A model generated the notes under the pieces. That model ran no database searches and was not told the origin of the DNA. It was given only the letters and a program-made list of their open reading frames with translations. Shown here piece by piece: positions 1 through 11,185 of a DNA stretch of 64,000 bases (position 1 is the stretch's first letter; the number at the start of each line of letters is the position of its first letter). The DNA is from Macrostomum lignano. Its lineage: Eukaryota. Location of the stretch: contig NIVC01002125.1 in the NCBI GenBank assembly GCA_002269645.1, positions 1 to 64,000 on the forward strand, written 5' to 3'. Made by a program: the position numbers and the translations under genes.

Positions 1-3000
1 ACGAACTATCATCCCGACAAGGCTGGCAGCGAGGCTGAAGACATGGCCAAGCTTCTGAATCAAGCCAAATCTGTCCTGTGCGATAAAAACCGAACGAATG
101 AAGTACGACGAACGTCGAGATGAAGCAACTGAGGATTACGAGAGTGGCGCTGATTTGCCTCGATTGCCAACTGGAAAGACACTATCGAAGGACCTCATGA
201 AGCAGAATCGCTGCTTGGAGGGAGAGTTCCGAGACGGCTCATGGAGCGCAATGCGACCCAAACGGATTCGCAAATAAGTTTTCGAGGAAACTCGTCAAGC
301 AGTTCTGGATCTTCAGGAGAAGCTACGGGTTATTAAGAGACGAGACGGTTCAACTCTGCAAAGCCCGTTTTTATTGAGAGTATCGCGTCAGGCGAGCTTT
401 CAGAAGAACATTTAGACGATGAAGTTCTCACCGAAGCCTGCAAATGGGCGAGAGAGACGCTAGAAAAAACGCTGAAAAGGAATACGCAGACGAAAGTTCC
501 ACCAGTTCAAGAAGGCGAACTAGTATGCTGCTATGACCTTTCCAGCTTGAAGGAAAGCGAATTGAGAAAACTCATGGTGATATTGATTCCTCCATCTGGC
601 TCCAAGCACTGTCAAGCGACCCCGAAAAGATGCGCCAAAGACTCAAAGATGTGTTACCCAAGTTTCGCGTCGACGTTAATAGAGAGAGAAGGGGTATAAA
701 GAAGTTTTTCCTCGGTGCTCGTTGTGTGGTATGCAGTGCCGAGAAAGATTTATCCGAACGAAATGCTTCCTTGTCGCAGGAGCCTGTCACGAGTTCAGAC
801 CTGTGTGTCTCACATGCTCTAAGCTTGAGTCCAAGAAGAGACTGCAGTTGTGGGAGGAGTTGGCAGCGACGCCTCAGACAGGATTTGTAGCTTCCTACGT
901 GGCGACAGGAATTGCAAGTATCGAAAGAATGATGCACAATCTGAAGATAAATCAGCCTAAGTCTGTGGTCGAAGCAACATTCGATCCTTCAATCGCTCTC
1001 ACTACAAAACTTTTCTTGCTGCTTCGGCGCTGTGGCTAGCTCTACAGAAGTCTCAACGCAATGAGCATGACATTGAGTCACTGCAGAGCCGTCAAACTGA
1101 GCTCGTACTGGAAATTCAGAAGAAAAAGATCCTGACCAAGAGCTGCGCTTGCTGTTACTCTTGGTAGAAAATGAAGAGTCTGCCTTGGAAAGTAATGAAA
1201 ATTTTCGATCTTTTTTAACACAAGAAGAAGCCCGGCTAAAGCTGATAGTTGACTCGGCCGATCTGAACAACTCGATTCACATTGCGTTCTCACAGTCACC
1301 GAGAGACAGGTTGCTGCTACGCCAGGCTAGCAAGTCAGCTAAGCTGGCTGACGAAGCACTTGCTAAAGCGAAACTTGAGTCAAGAATTGTAGGTCTATTT
1401 CTGAGAGGTGCAGGGATCCTCAGCTGTTCAGGTGATGTAACAGCTCAACTCAGAGGTATGAAGGACCTCACACAAGCAGTGCTCGAAGGATACTCTGTCT
1501 TCTACCACTCAGATTTGATATCATCTGTAATGCGTATTGTCTCTAGATTCGGAGCTCTTTGTGGGACATTTCCGGTTCATGCGCTGTTCCATTTAATCGA
1601 TAACCCATGGTCAGACTGCCAGGGAATGTTCAGTCGTCGGACTGCTTCGTCGGAAACACCAGCCAAAGCACAAGTCCCACTATTCCCAGGTATTTACGTA
1701 CCGGGACACAGCGTGCAAGCGTTGAAGAAGAGCGAGATCGCTATCTCCAGAAGACTCGAAAAGGGCCAAATGACGCCACTGCAAGCGGCAATGAGCGCAC
1801 TGGACCTTGCCATGGCTTGCGAAACGCTTGCTGAGGTCCTCGCCTGTTTTCTTGAGTGTGTAGCTCTGCTTCTACGAGCTCTGGAAATAGAGGAGTCGCT
1901 CTACCAGAGATATGCGCTCAAAGAAGCCATGTTTGAAATCGGGATCGCTTCAGTGAGCATTTGTCTCAACAACTTTTCCGATTCAGCTTTGTTAAACTAT
2001 GTTTCGAGACACGCTTTTGCCTTGCTGAGAGATGCCGCTACGAAAGTTGGACGACCAGATGATGTTGAACGGCTCATTTCGATTCTAGAGATAGTAGCCT
2101 TCACTGGTCGTTTCTCACCATTTGTGTCGCTGCCTCTGGTTCGTCCGTCTGAGTCGCTGGTATTTTCAAATGTGCTCAAAAAGTGCGCAGGTCAGCTTCT
2201 CTGTGGTTTGTCTCAGCCAGAAAATTCCTATTTTCTTGAACTACCGAAGAGTATCATAGCTTACCAGAGCTTGGAATACAGCATCAGCAGCTCTGCATTC
2301 ACTGAAAGTGAGACACGCCAGCTTGAGCTCTTAACTGCACGTGAGATGCTTAGAGAGCAGAATCTGGACTTTAACAACGTAGCCGCCCTGATAAATCCAT
2401 GCTATCTTGACGTTCCAGAGGACGGTTGGCTTGTACCAAATCAGACACTTGATTTTTCAGGATGCGGAAACACGTATTTGAGCATTGACAAGGTCATTTT
2501 TAACAAAATACGTTTCAAATTTCTGTCGTGGGCAGCAAAGGGAATCTTGTCAGCGATTTCGATGTGCTGACTGGTCTGCTAATGGATCATCCGGGTGTGG
2601 CTTTTAGCCTTGACAAGCCCGCCAATCTTCACGAAGCTCGATTCCACCCGTTTCAAAAGTACTGGAGTAGCCAACCAGATCTGCTTAAAGGAACTCCACT
2701 CCTAGACACTCTTTTCAACACGGACTACATCATGAAGCAATTCAGTTCCGGATTAGAGATCTGCAGGAAGCCACCGTTCGATCGGAGACCATTGCTTAAC
2801 GGTAGGGGTCTGTTCGCTGGACTGCCAGATCAGCTGCGCTGGCTGTTGAGACCTCTAAGCGAAAGAGGTGGGCAAAGATCTCGCTGCAGCAGATTCTGGA
2901 TTGCAGCCACAGACATGGAGATGAAAGTGGAGGAAACACCTGACACGATTGAGTTCGTGTTTGGAAAGGTTCGCTTGGAAGTCAAAACGCACAGGATGGT

Positions 3001-4570
3001 AGCTTCAATGGGTGGCGAACACCAGGACGCTGAGACTGATGATGAAGATTCTCCAGAGAATCAGTTCGCAAAGGACATGACGGAGGCCCTTCCCAGCTTG
3101 GGTAGATTCTTTCCCGAGTTTGAAAGACTAAAAGAGCTAACAAAGATTCCGAAACTCTGCCTGATTATTAAGGCCATGCACCAAAGCCTCGGAGCAATGA
3201 CCGTTCGCCAGGAGCAAGTAGAGCAAATTCTTGATCACGAACGAGCTGTTAGAATGGAAAAGAGTTATGAGATGGCGAAAAATGTTCTAGAGACACTGGA
3301 TCGAGCTGAATCAATCCCTGGTGCAAGCCACTATGATTGTTGCAATCTGGCCACTGATCAATTGCTAAGCCAACTAAACTTAAATAAGACCGAGACTGTC
3401 CGTGCCTTGCGTAGGCGAGATGTCAGAACGCTCCAGTACCTGTTGGCTGACAGTCTGCCATCAAGCTCTGCTGCGGATGTTAGGCAACAAATTCAAGATT
3501 TGATTGACTCGAAGAGAAGAGAATTTAGGAACTGGAACAGCAAGATACAGCATAAGTTAAATAGTAGCTTGCATCAGAGGCAACAGAAGATATCCGATTG
3601 TGATTGGGCACCCGCAGTGCTGAGCGCTAGTTCGGACGCAACAACACGATCGACAGTATACGGCGGTGTCTTACTGAATCCCAAATCAGTGCATTCCAGT
3701 TTTCGTATGGAGTTTCCCCCGGGAAGCACCGTTCACAAGGTAGTATCATTTCTGATTCTCGGCGAACTGAATAGCAAGCAGTTCGCCTCCACGCGGACTT
3801 TTGACAGTTTAGATTTAGGGACTGTAAACGAACTTCTTGGGAATAATTTTCCCGAAATGGAGAGTTCCTCTGACTCAGAGCTGGGCGGACGTTCAGGCCG
3901 TGACAATGAAGGCGCTACCAGCTCTGCTGACAACCAACCCAGAACATCTAAAAACGACCAGTTTTTGAATGATGAAGGAAACTGGTCTCACATCTTTTCT
4001 GACAAGCCCGGCCATGTGGTTCCACGAAACGCAAAAGAAGAATGGGAGCTGCGAAAAAAACTTGTCAGTATTCGAGATCTGGCTCTCAAAAAAGATCCGA
4101 GGTGCATTGACGCTTCTCAGCAATTTGTGCACGTCGAGGGACGAAAAAATAATTGTCGATTTATCTTCTACAAGGTAAGAAAAGATGCCATTTAAGTTTT
4201 AAAAATGATTGACTTTAAAGATTATGAAAAAGAAAATTTTAATGCATCTATATTTTTTAACAATGGTAATTTCAAGGACGAGAGGGAGACAAGTAGCGAC
4301 GTACTGCACCTAGCCTGGTGGATAAGAATCGATGGAAACGGGCGCATCGTCGGAGCAGGCTGCAACACGGTCCTAGCCAAGGAGCGAATTCCACAGTTGT
4401 TTCTGTTCTTGCGACCCATACCAACTGGCGAAGCTTTGATGGCATTTTTTCTGAGGGAGAAGCATAAGCTTCATGGCAAGAAAACAGACGTGGAGTTTCA
4501 TGATCACCTAAGCACCATTCGGAAAGGTCTGATTAATCAAATTAATTTAGTTAATCAGATCAAACCATAA
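1..4570 (+). CDS. Large multidomain protein, 5'-truncated by the window: J-domain, Cys-rich segment, helical region, DUF1598-like domain, low-complexity linker, toxin-like C-terminal domain. About 9 single-base frameshifts and one intron (4175-4276).
   Basis: Frame 1 from base 1 reads TNYHPDKAGSEAEDMAKLLNQAKSVLCD, and after a 1-nt shift R-M-K-Y-D follows (J-domain HPD motif and helix III/IV signature). Open frames continue with 1-nt shifts near 87, 206, 280, 370, 569, 745, 1012, 1125 and 2514 into ORFs 1149-2570 and 2528-4195. Donor AAG|GTAAGA at 4174/4175 and acceptor TTTCAAG|GAC at 4276/4277 join in phase 0 to the frame of ORF 4205-4570. Confidence 0.7.
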
Positions 4571-5031
4571 AGATACTAGAAACCGTAGATGGGCGTCTCG
4601 CCTATTTCGGGATTAAACTACTTTCAAATAGGCATCTGTTTGGAGTTTTTTGGATATATTTGTGAACCAAATTAAATTAATTTTTTTGCTGATTGTTATT
4701 TAATATTAGGATTCAACACTTGGTTTTGAGTGCTTAAATGTCTATGGCACTCGTGACCAAATATCATCGCTTTTGACGATCGGAATGGGAATTTGGGCAG
4801 TCGGAACGGGACGCCATAGACATTCAAGCCAGGCCACAGATCTCACCCTAGTCATGGACTTAAGCAGTTTAGCAAAGTCTACTGAGGGAGGCTAGGCCAT
4901 AGGCTATAAATTTGAACATTCAGTGTGGGAAAAAGCCATTCAAATTAAACGGGAATCGGACTGAGATTTTACAGCTCTCTGTCCCTCTCTCCCCTGTTTG
5001 TTCGTCTTTGGCCTGAAAGCGACCCCATTGA

Positions 5032-5345
5032 ATGGCGCCACCAATTCCTGTAGCAGATCGCCAGCGGCTGATTGATGCGATTGAACAAGGGTCATCCATC
5101 GCAGGAAGCTGCAAGAATCTTGTAAATCAAGAAAAAAACGGCATTCCGAATCGCTGCCAACTTTTGACTTGATGGCAAAGTGGAATCCCTTCCTCGCGGT
5201 GGTCGTAAATAAGGATTGTGCAAGGCCGATCAGGAAATGAGAGAATTCTTGGTTGAGAAACTCGATGAAAATCCTTTCCTGACGCTCAAGGAAATGTCTG
5301 AACTGCTGACTGAGCGCTTTCCCAAGAAGCCGCATGTTCACCTTG
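5032..5345 (+). pseudogene. Tc1/IS630-like transposase N-terminal helix-turn-helix remnant
   Basis: Reads MAPPIPVADRQRLIDAIEQGSSIA/AARIL*IKKKTAFRIAANF*LDGKVESLPRGGRK*GLCKADQEMREFLVEKLDENPFLTLKEMSELLTERFPKKPHV. The HTH, LPRGGR linker and ENPxLTLxEM pattern are typical of this superfamily. One frameshift, three stops, no DDE domain. Confidence 0.75.
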
Positions 5346-5434
5346 TTCTTCACTTTTAAATATTCCAGTGGCCCTGAGATATAAAAATACATTAAATTAG
5401 GCGAATTCCCGTTTTCAATGGCTTTTTTCCCATT

Positions 5435-5990
5435 TTGATTGTCAATTCCACATGCTATGGTTGTGTATTCCCAAGCAGCCCGAGCCTGTGGCCTGGCTTG
5501 AATTGAATGTCTATGACGTCCCGTTTTGATTGTCAATTCCACATGCTATGGTTGTGTATTCCCAAGCAGCCCGAGCCTGTGGCCTGGCTTGAATTGAATG
5601 TCTATGGCGTCCCGTTTTGATTGTCAATTCCACATGCTATGGTTGTGTATTCCCAAGCAGCCCGAGCCTGTGGCCTGGCTTGAATTGAATGTCTATGGCG
5701 TCCCGTTTTGATTGTCAATTCCACATGCTATGGTTGTGTATTCCCAAGCAGCCCGAGCCTGTGGCCTGGCTTGAATTGAATGTCTATGGCGTCCCGTTTT
5801 GATTGTCAATTCCACATGCTATGGTTGTGTATTCCCAAGCAGCCCGAGCCTGTGGCCTGGCTTGAATTGAATGTCTATGGCGTCCCGTTTTGATTGTCAA
5901 TTCCACATGCTATGGTTGTGTATTCCCAAGCAGCCCGAGCCTGTGGCCTGGCTTGAATTGAATGTCTATGGCGTCCCGTTTTGATTGTCC
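5435..5990. repeat. 91-bp tandem repeat, about 6 near-identical copies
   Basis: TTGATTGTCAATTCC recurs at 5435, 5526, 5617, 5708, 5799 and 5890. The last unit runs into the right inverted repeat. Confidence 0.95.
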
Positions 5991-6375
5991 AAATTCCCAT
6001 TTAGATTGTCAAAAGCGGTATTGCAATCAGGATATATATTTCTATTGCATTAAGTAAATAATAAACGTCGTTTAATTCACATTCCGAAGGACATTCTAAC
6101 CATAGACTATGATGAATTAAACAGCGTTTATCATATATGAACTTCGATTGATCCTGATTTCGAGGAGGATTATATGATATACCGGTATTAAACCACTTTA
6201 AAGCTCACTTTCAGGGAGGTTATTGACATAGATTTATTTTGCGCGATTTAATCGATCACTTTCCCGGACATTTTGCAAGGATTATTCTATGTATCTAAAT
6301 AAGCGAGCTTCTGCCTTCTCTTCCTTCGTGACTCAAGAAATTTCTTAATGAAATTTTGTCTATGGTAAGAATGTG

Positions 6376-6625
6376 GGGGCTTTGCCCCCACATCCCCAGC
6401 AGGGGCTTTGCCCCCACATCCCCAGCAGGGGCTTCGCCCCCACATCCCCAGCAGGGGCTTCGCCCCCACATCCCCAGCAGGGGCTTCGCCCCCACATCCC
6501 CAGCAGGGGCTTCGCCCCCACATCCCCAGCAGGGGCTTCGCCCCCACATCCCCAGCAGGGGCTTTGCCCCCACATCCCCAGCAGGGGCTTCGCCCCCACA
6601 TCCCCAGCAGGGGCTTCGCCCCCAC
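6376..6625. repeat. 26-bp tandem repeat with internal palindrome, about 9-10 copies
   Basis: Unit AGGGGCTTCGCCCCCACATCCCCAGC. Confidence 0.95.
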
Positions 6626-7818
6626 ACCCCATTCCCAACTTCAACCATAGACATACAAGTATGGCTCCGGGATTTATCTGAATACATCGGCTTCGGCTCT
6701 CGGGATTTAATCACATACCGACCTCAAACCCATAGAATATCTCATACATATCCTAGTTTTTGTCAAAATTACCATAGACAACACATTCCCGGCTCAGAAT
6801 AGTACAATTTTTAACGATAAAATGAGCAATCGTATTTTATATGACTAGCCAATATGCGATCACGAGCCATTTAAGCATGCTTTTTGTGTTTAATGCACGC
6901 TTTTACACATTTATATCCTGTTACAATAAGCACCTATTGGAAATGATTCAAAGTTCTGTGGGGTTGGCTACATTCCAAGGGTGTCACGCACATTTCATCT
7001 GTATATTTGATGGAATGCAGTTTACGACGTATGAAAGTATTTTTTCTCTAATAATAAGAATACACATACGAGCATATAGAGGGCAACTAGCAAGTGGAAA
7101 AGCATTGTCGTTTGACCAAATAGTGCAACAATGAGTTTAACCATGCAGGAATGCTTTAGTCTCACTTGAAAATAAACTACCGTAAACTCTACCGACAATG
7201 CTATACTATGTTTCTAGCATCAATGGGTCAAACAAATCAAATTTGAACTAAAAAACAATTGCTTTTTTCAGAATTCAACATTGTATCGGAACGAGCAAAT
7301 TCGGAGAGGCAGTACACTGCCGGAGCTCGACTCTCGGCGGCTGCCATTGCTGCTGCGGTGGAGGAAGGTCCGGAAGGATACGTTTTTGTAGAGTAGCTGT
7401 CTGGCTGCCTTTTAAGCTCCTTTACACTCAAGTGCAATCCCATTTCTGTGCGGATTTTTCGGATTTGCTTCCACTAAAATAGACATCACTTTTTTGTCTG
7501 TTAGCCGGGGCTCTAGTAGATTCCCTGTCATAGACTTGGTTGAGTATATAAATTTAGGACAACTTAGAGATCAAACTATTAGTTTTGAAGAAACATTTTT
7601 GCAATTTGGGAACTTTTTGTAACTTCCGGGATCCCGATGCGCATGATTGGTAACTTGTCAACGGCAATTTTTTTCATTTTTTATAGTTTTATGTGAAATA
7701 ATTGCATATCCAATTTGTATTTGATTTTCATTGTTAGTATTATACTTAGAGATTTAGCATATTTAGATAACTACTAAATAAGATATGTATTGGTATTGCT
7801 TTTGATTCTTACAATCAT

Positions 7819-8441
7819 GAGTGAGTGAGTGAGTGAGTGAGTGAGTGAGTGAGTGAGTGAGTGAGTGAGTGAGTGAGTGAGTGAGTGAGTGAATGAGTGA
7901 GTGAGTGAATGAGCGAGTGAGTGAGTGAGTGAGTGAGTGAGTGAGTGAGTGAATGAGTGAATGAGTGTGTGAGTGAGTGAGTGAGTGAGTGAGTGAGTGA
8001 GTGAATGAGTGAGTGAGTGAGTGAGTGAGTGAGTGAGTGAGTGAGTGAGTGAATGAGTGAGTGAGTGAGTGAGTGAGTGAGTGAGTGAGTGAGTGAGTGA
8101 GTGAGTGAGTGAGTGAGTGAGTGAGTGAGTGAGTGAGTGAGTGAGTGAGTGAGTGAGTGAGTGAGTGAGTGAGTGAGTGAGTGTGTGAGTGAGTGAGTGA
8201 GTGAGTGAGTGAGTGAGTGAGTGAGTGTGTGAGTGAGTGAGTGAGTGAGTGAGTGTGTGAGTGAGTGAGTGAGTGAGTGAGTGAGTGAGTGAGTGAGTGA
8301 GTGAGTGAGTGAGTGAGTGAGTGAGTGAGTGAGTGAGTGAGTGAGTGAGTGAGTGAGTGAGTGGGTGAGTGAGTGAGTGAGTGAGTGAGTGAGTGAGTGG
8401 GTGAGTGAGTGGGTGAGTGAGTGAGTGGGTGAGTGAGTGAG
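7819..8441. repeat. (GAGT)n microsatellite
   Basis: Direct reading, with GAAT/GTGT/GGGT variants. Confidence 0.98.
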
Positions 8442-9039
8442 AGTTTTGTGCTGGTTGTTACTGTTTTGCTACAATGATTGATGACTGCAATAAAGGAAAG
8501 TTCTCTGAATCATGCGGCAGAAGAAAAATGAATCATGAGTATTTTTATCGTTCATATTTTTTCTTTTTTCATCTGTTAGCCCATCCCGGTATTGAGGAAC
8601 CTCCGGTATTTGGGACCCCTACGCAGAGCTAACTTTAACAATCTTTTTTAATCTTAACCTTGAAATCAAAAACTGGTTTTCTGCAATCAACTTATAAAAT
8701 ATAGATCAAATCATTTCAACTGTACTCTCCATTTTAGATAGAATTTTTTCTATGCTGTCCTGACCTTTTTTAATTTGTCAGAGAATATACTGACCAGCAT
8801 AATTTTTTCTGCCATGATTACTTCTAAGTAGGGTGATACGAAATCACATGGCAAACCTTGTTTCCATATTTTCCCATTTTGCTAAACACAAATCACCCAC
8901 ATCACAAGCGCTTACGACGGAATAAAGCCATTATGAGGCAATTTGAAACTTTGAGGAAGAATACAACCGTGGATACTTCTGAGGTAGATTCTCCCATTCT
9001 GATTCTCCCATTCTGTGTGTTCCCGAATTGCAAAAAGTC

Positions 9040-9860
9040 ACCTGTCTGTGGCTTCATTCACCTGTCTGTGGCTTCATTCATCTGTCTGTGGCTTCAATTA
9101 TCTGTCTGTGGCTTCATTCATCTGCCTGTGGCTTCATTCATCTGTCCTGTGGCTTCATTCATCTGTCTGTGGCTTCATTCATCTGCCTGTGGCTTCATTC
9201 ATCTGTCCTGTGGCTTCATTCATCTGTCTGTGGCTTCACTCACCTGTCTGTGGCTTCAATTATCTGTCTGTGGCTTCATTCATCTGCCTGTGGCTTCATT
9301 CATCTGTCCTGTGGCTTCATTCATCCGTCAGTGGCTTCATTCATCTGTCAGTGGCTTCATTCATCTGCCTGTGGCTTCATTCATCTGTCTGTCTGTGGCT
9401 TCATTCACCTGTCTGTGGCTTCATTCATCTGTCCTGTGGCTTCATTCATCTGTCAGTGGCTTTATTCATCTGTCTGTGGCTTCATTCATCTGCCTGTGGC
9501 TTCATTCATCCGTCAGTGGCTTCATTCATCTGTCTGTGGCTTCACTCACCTGTCTGTGGCTTCGTTTATCTGTCTGTGGCTTCACTCACCTGTCTGTGGC
9601 TTCATTCATCTTTCTGTGGCTTCATTCATCCGTCAGTGGCTTCATTCATCTGTCAGTGGCTTCATTCATCTGTCAGTGGCTTCATTCATCTGTCAGTGGC
9701 TTCATTCATCTGTCTGTCTGTGGCTTCAATTATCTGTCTGTGGCTTCATTCATCTGTCTGTCTGTGGCTTCAATTATCTGTCTGCGGCTTTATTCATCTG
9801 TCTGTCTGTGGCTTCAATTATCTGTCTGCGGCTTCATTCATCTGTCTGTTTGTGTCTTCA
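9040..9860. repeat. About 16-bp minisatellite
   Basis: Unit CTGTGGCTTCATTCAT with 4-nt indel variants. Confidence 0.95.
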
Positions 9861-10179
9861 TTTATCTGACAGGTATTCACTGGGTCTCCCACTTGCCGTC
9901 TGAAATTCGTGGCATCTAATTAAACGCAGGGAAATTACCCCTCGCGCACGAAAGCCAATTATGTAAGGTCGGTCAGTAAAAGTACACAGTTGTTCGGGAC
10001 CAAAAGCAAAATATGTCTCAGCTGTAGCAAAGTCGCTACAGAGCTGTTCAGGCGTGTGGCAGACTGCTCATAGGAAAAAAGAGACCCGGAAAAGGAGTAA
10101 AAATAGATTGACTACTTGGCACTACTCATGAGCTCCTTTCCCTAATTCGATTGCTTTGATGAAGCCAGCATGTACCAGA

Positions 10180-10412
<233 letters not shown>

Positions 10413-10526
10413 AGCGATTGACTTCAGCTCCTTGCACTGCAAATGACGCAAGCTTTTCCAACTCTCGCTCAGGCTCACTGGGTCTGGGGTGGCGGCTTTC
10501 AATGTTGCTGAGTATAGATTGAAGCC

Positions 10527-10889
10527 GGGAGGCCGTAGCCTTTGTGTGCCAGCGGCCCAGGCTCGATTCCAAGTGCAGTCGCATGAATCCTATATACTAA
10601 AATTTGGGGCTAAATTTGAATCTCGGCTTGGCTCTGCTCGTGCAATTAACGGCCTTGAGGCCCAACCCCCAAGGCACAGTGAAGTGTACATGCCTAACGA
10701 TAAATAAAGTCAGGGCCGCTGTACACTCCTGTGTGAGTGCCTGTGCGTATGACTGCGTACGTATCCGCGCGCTTGTGTGCCTGCTCAGGGGAGTCGGCGG
10801 AATGGGCAGTAATGCCTCTCGTCGGTTGTGTGTCTATGTCGCTTAAAGTGCGCCAGGGTGCACACAGCCCCCTGACTCTAGTAAAAGAA
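10527..10889 (+). mobile_element. tRNA-headed SINE, copy A (head partly deleted)
   Basis: Aligns by eye with 31637-32006, 35400-35754 (reverse) and 57641-57993. B-box-like GGCTCGATTCC and an A-rich tail. Confidence 0.85.
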
Positions 10890-10923
10890 TAGATCGAAGC
10901 CATAATCCATATTTGCATGGATA

Positions 10924-11185
10924 CCAGCCCTTCAATCCCTGCATCAATGCCAGCCCTTCAATCCCTGCATCAATGCCAGCCCTTCAATCCCTGCATCAAT
11001 GCCAGCCCTTCAATCCCTGCATCAATGCCAGCCCTTCAATCCCTGCATCAATGCCAGCCCTTCAATCCCTGCATCAATGCCAGCCCTTCAATCCCTGCAT
11101 CAATGCCAGCCCTTCAATCCCTGCATCAATGCCAGCCCTTCAATCCCTGCATCAATGCCAACCCTTCAATCCTTGCATCAATGCC
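10924..11185. repeat. 26-bp minisatellite, about 10 copies
   Basis: Unit GCCAGCCCTTCAATCCCTGCATCAAT. Confidence 0.95.

Larger units (their letters stand above)
4768..6017 (+). mobile_element. Decayed IS630-Tc1-mariner-type DNA transposon with about 70-bp imperfect inverted repeats
   Basis: 4768-4840 is the reverse complement of 5941-6017 (CTGTGGCCTGGCTTGAAT..GTCTATGGCGTCCCGTT..CCAAATTCCCATT..GTCAAAAGCG). Encloses a transposase N-terminal remnant. No clear TSD seen. Confidence 0.7.

Noticed and set aside
4205-4570. ORF starting 10 nt after the stop of ORF 2528-4195, resembling a bacterial toxin-immunity gene pair
   Set aside because: Its first 24 codons lie in an AT-rich GT-AG interval and the rest carries the second half of the toxin-like motif, so it is better explained as the next exon. 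There is no Shine-Dalgarno sequence. Not excluded without cDNA.
1-4570. Bacterial contaminant or chimeric contig
   Set aside because: The region has a plausible spliceosomal intron and is contiguous with eukaryotic transposons and satellites; no operon features were seen. Read-level continuity should still be checked.
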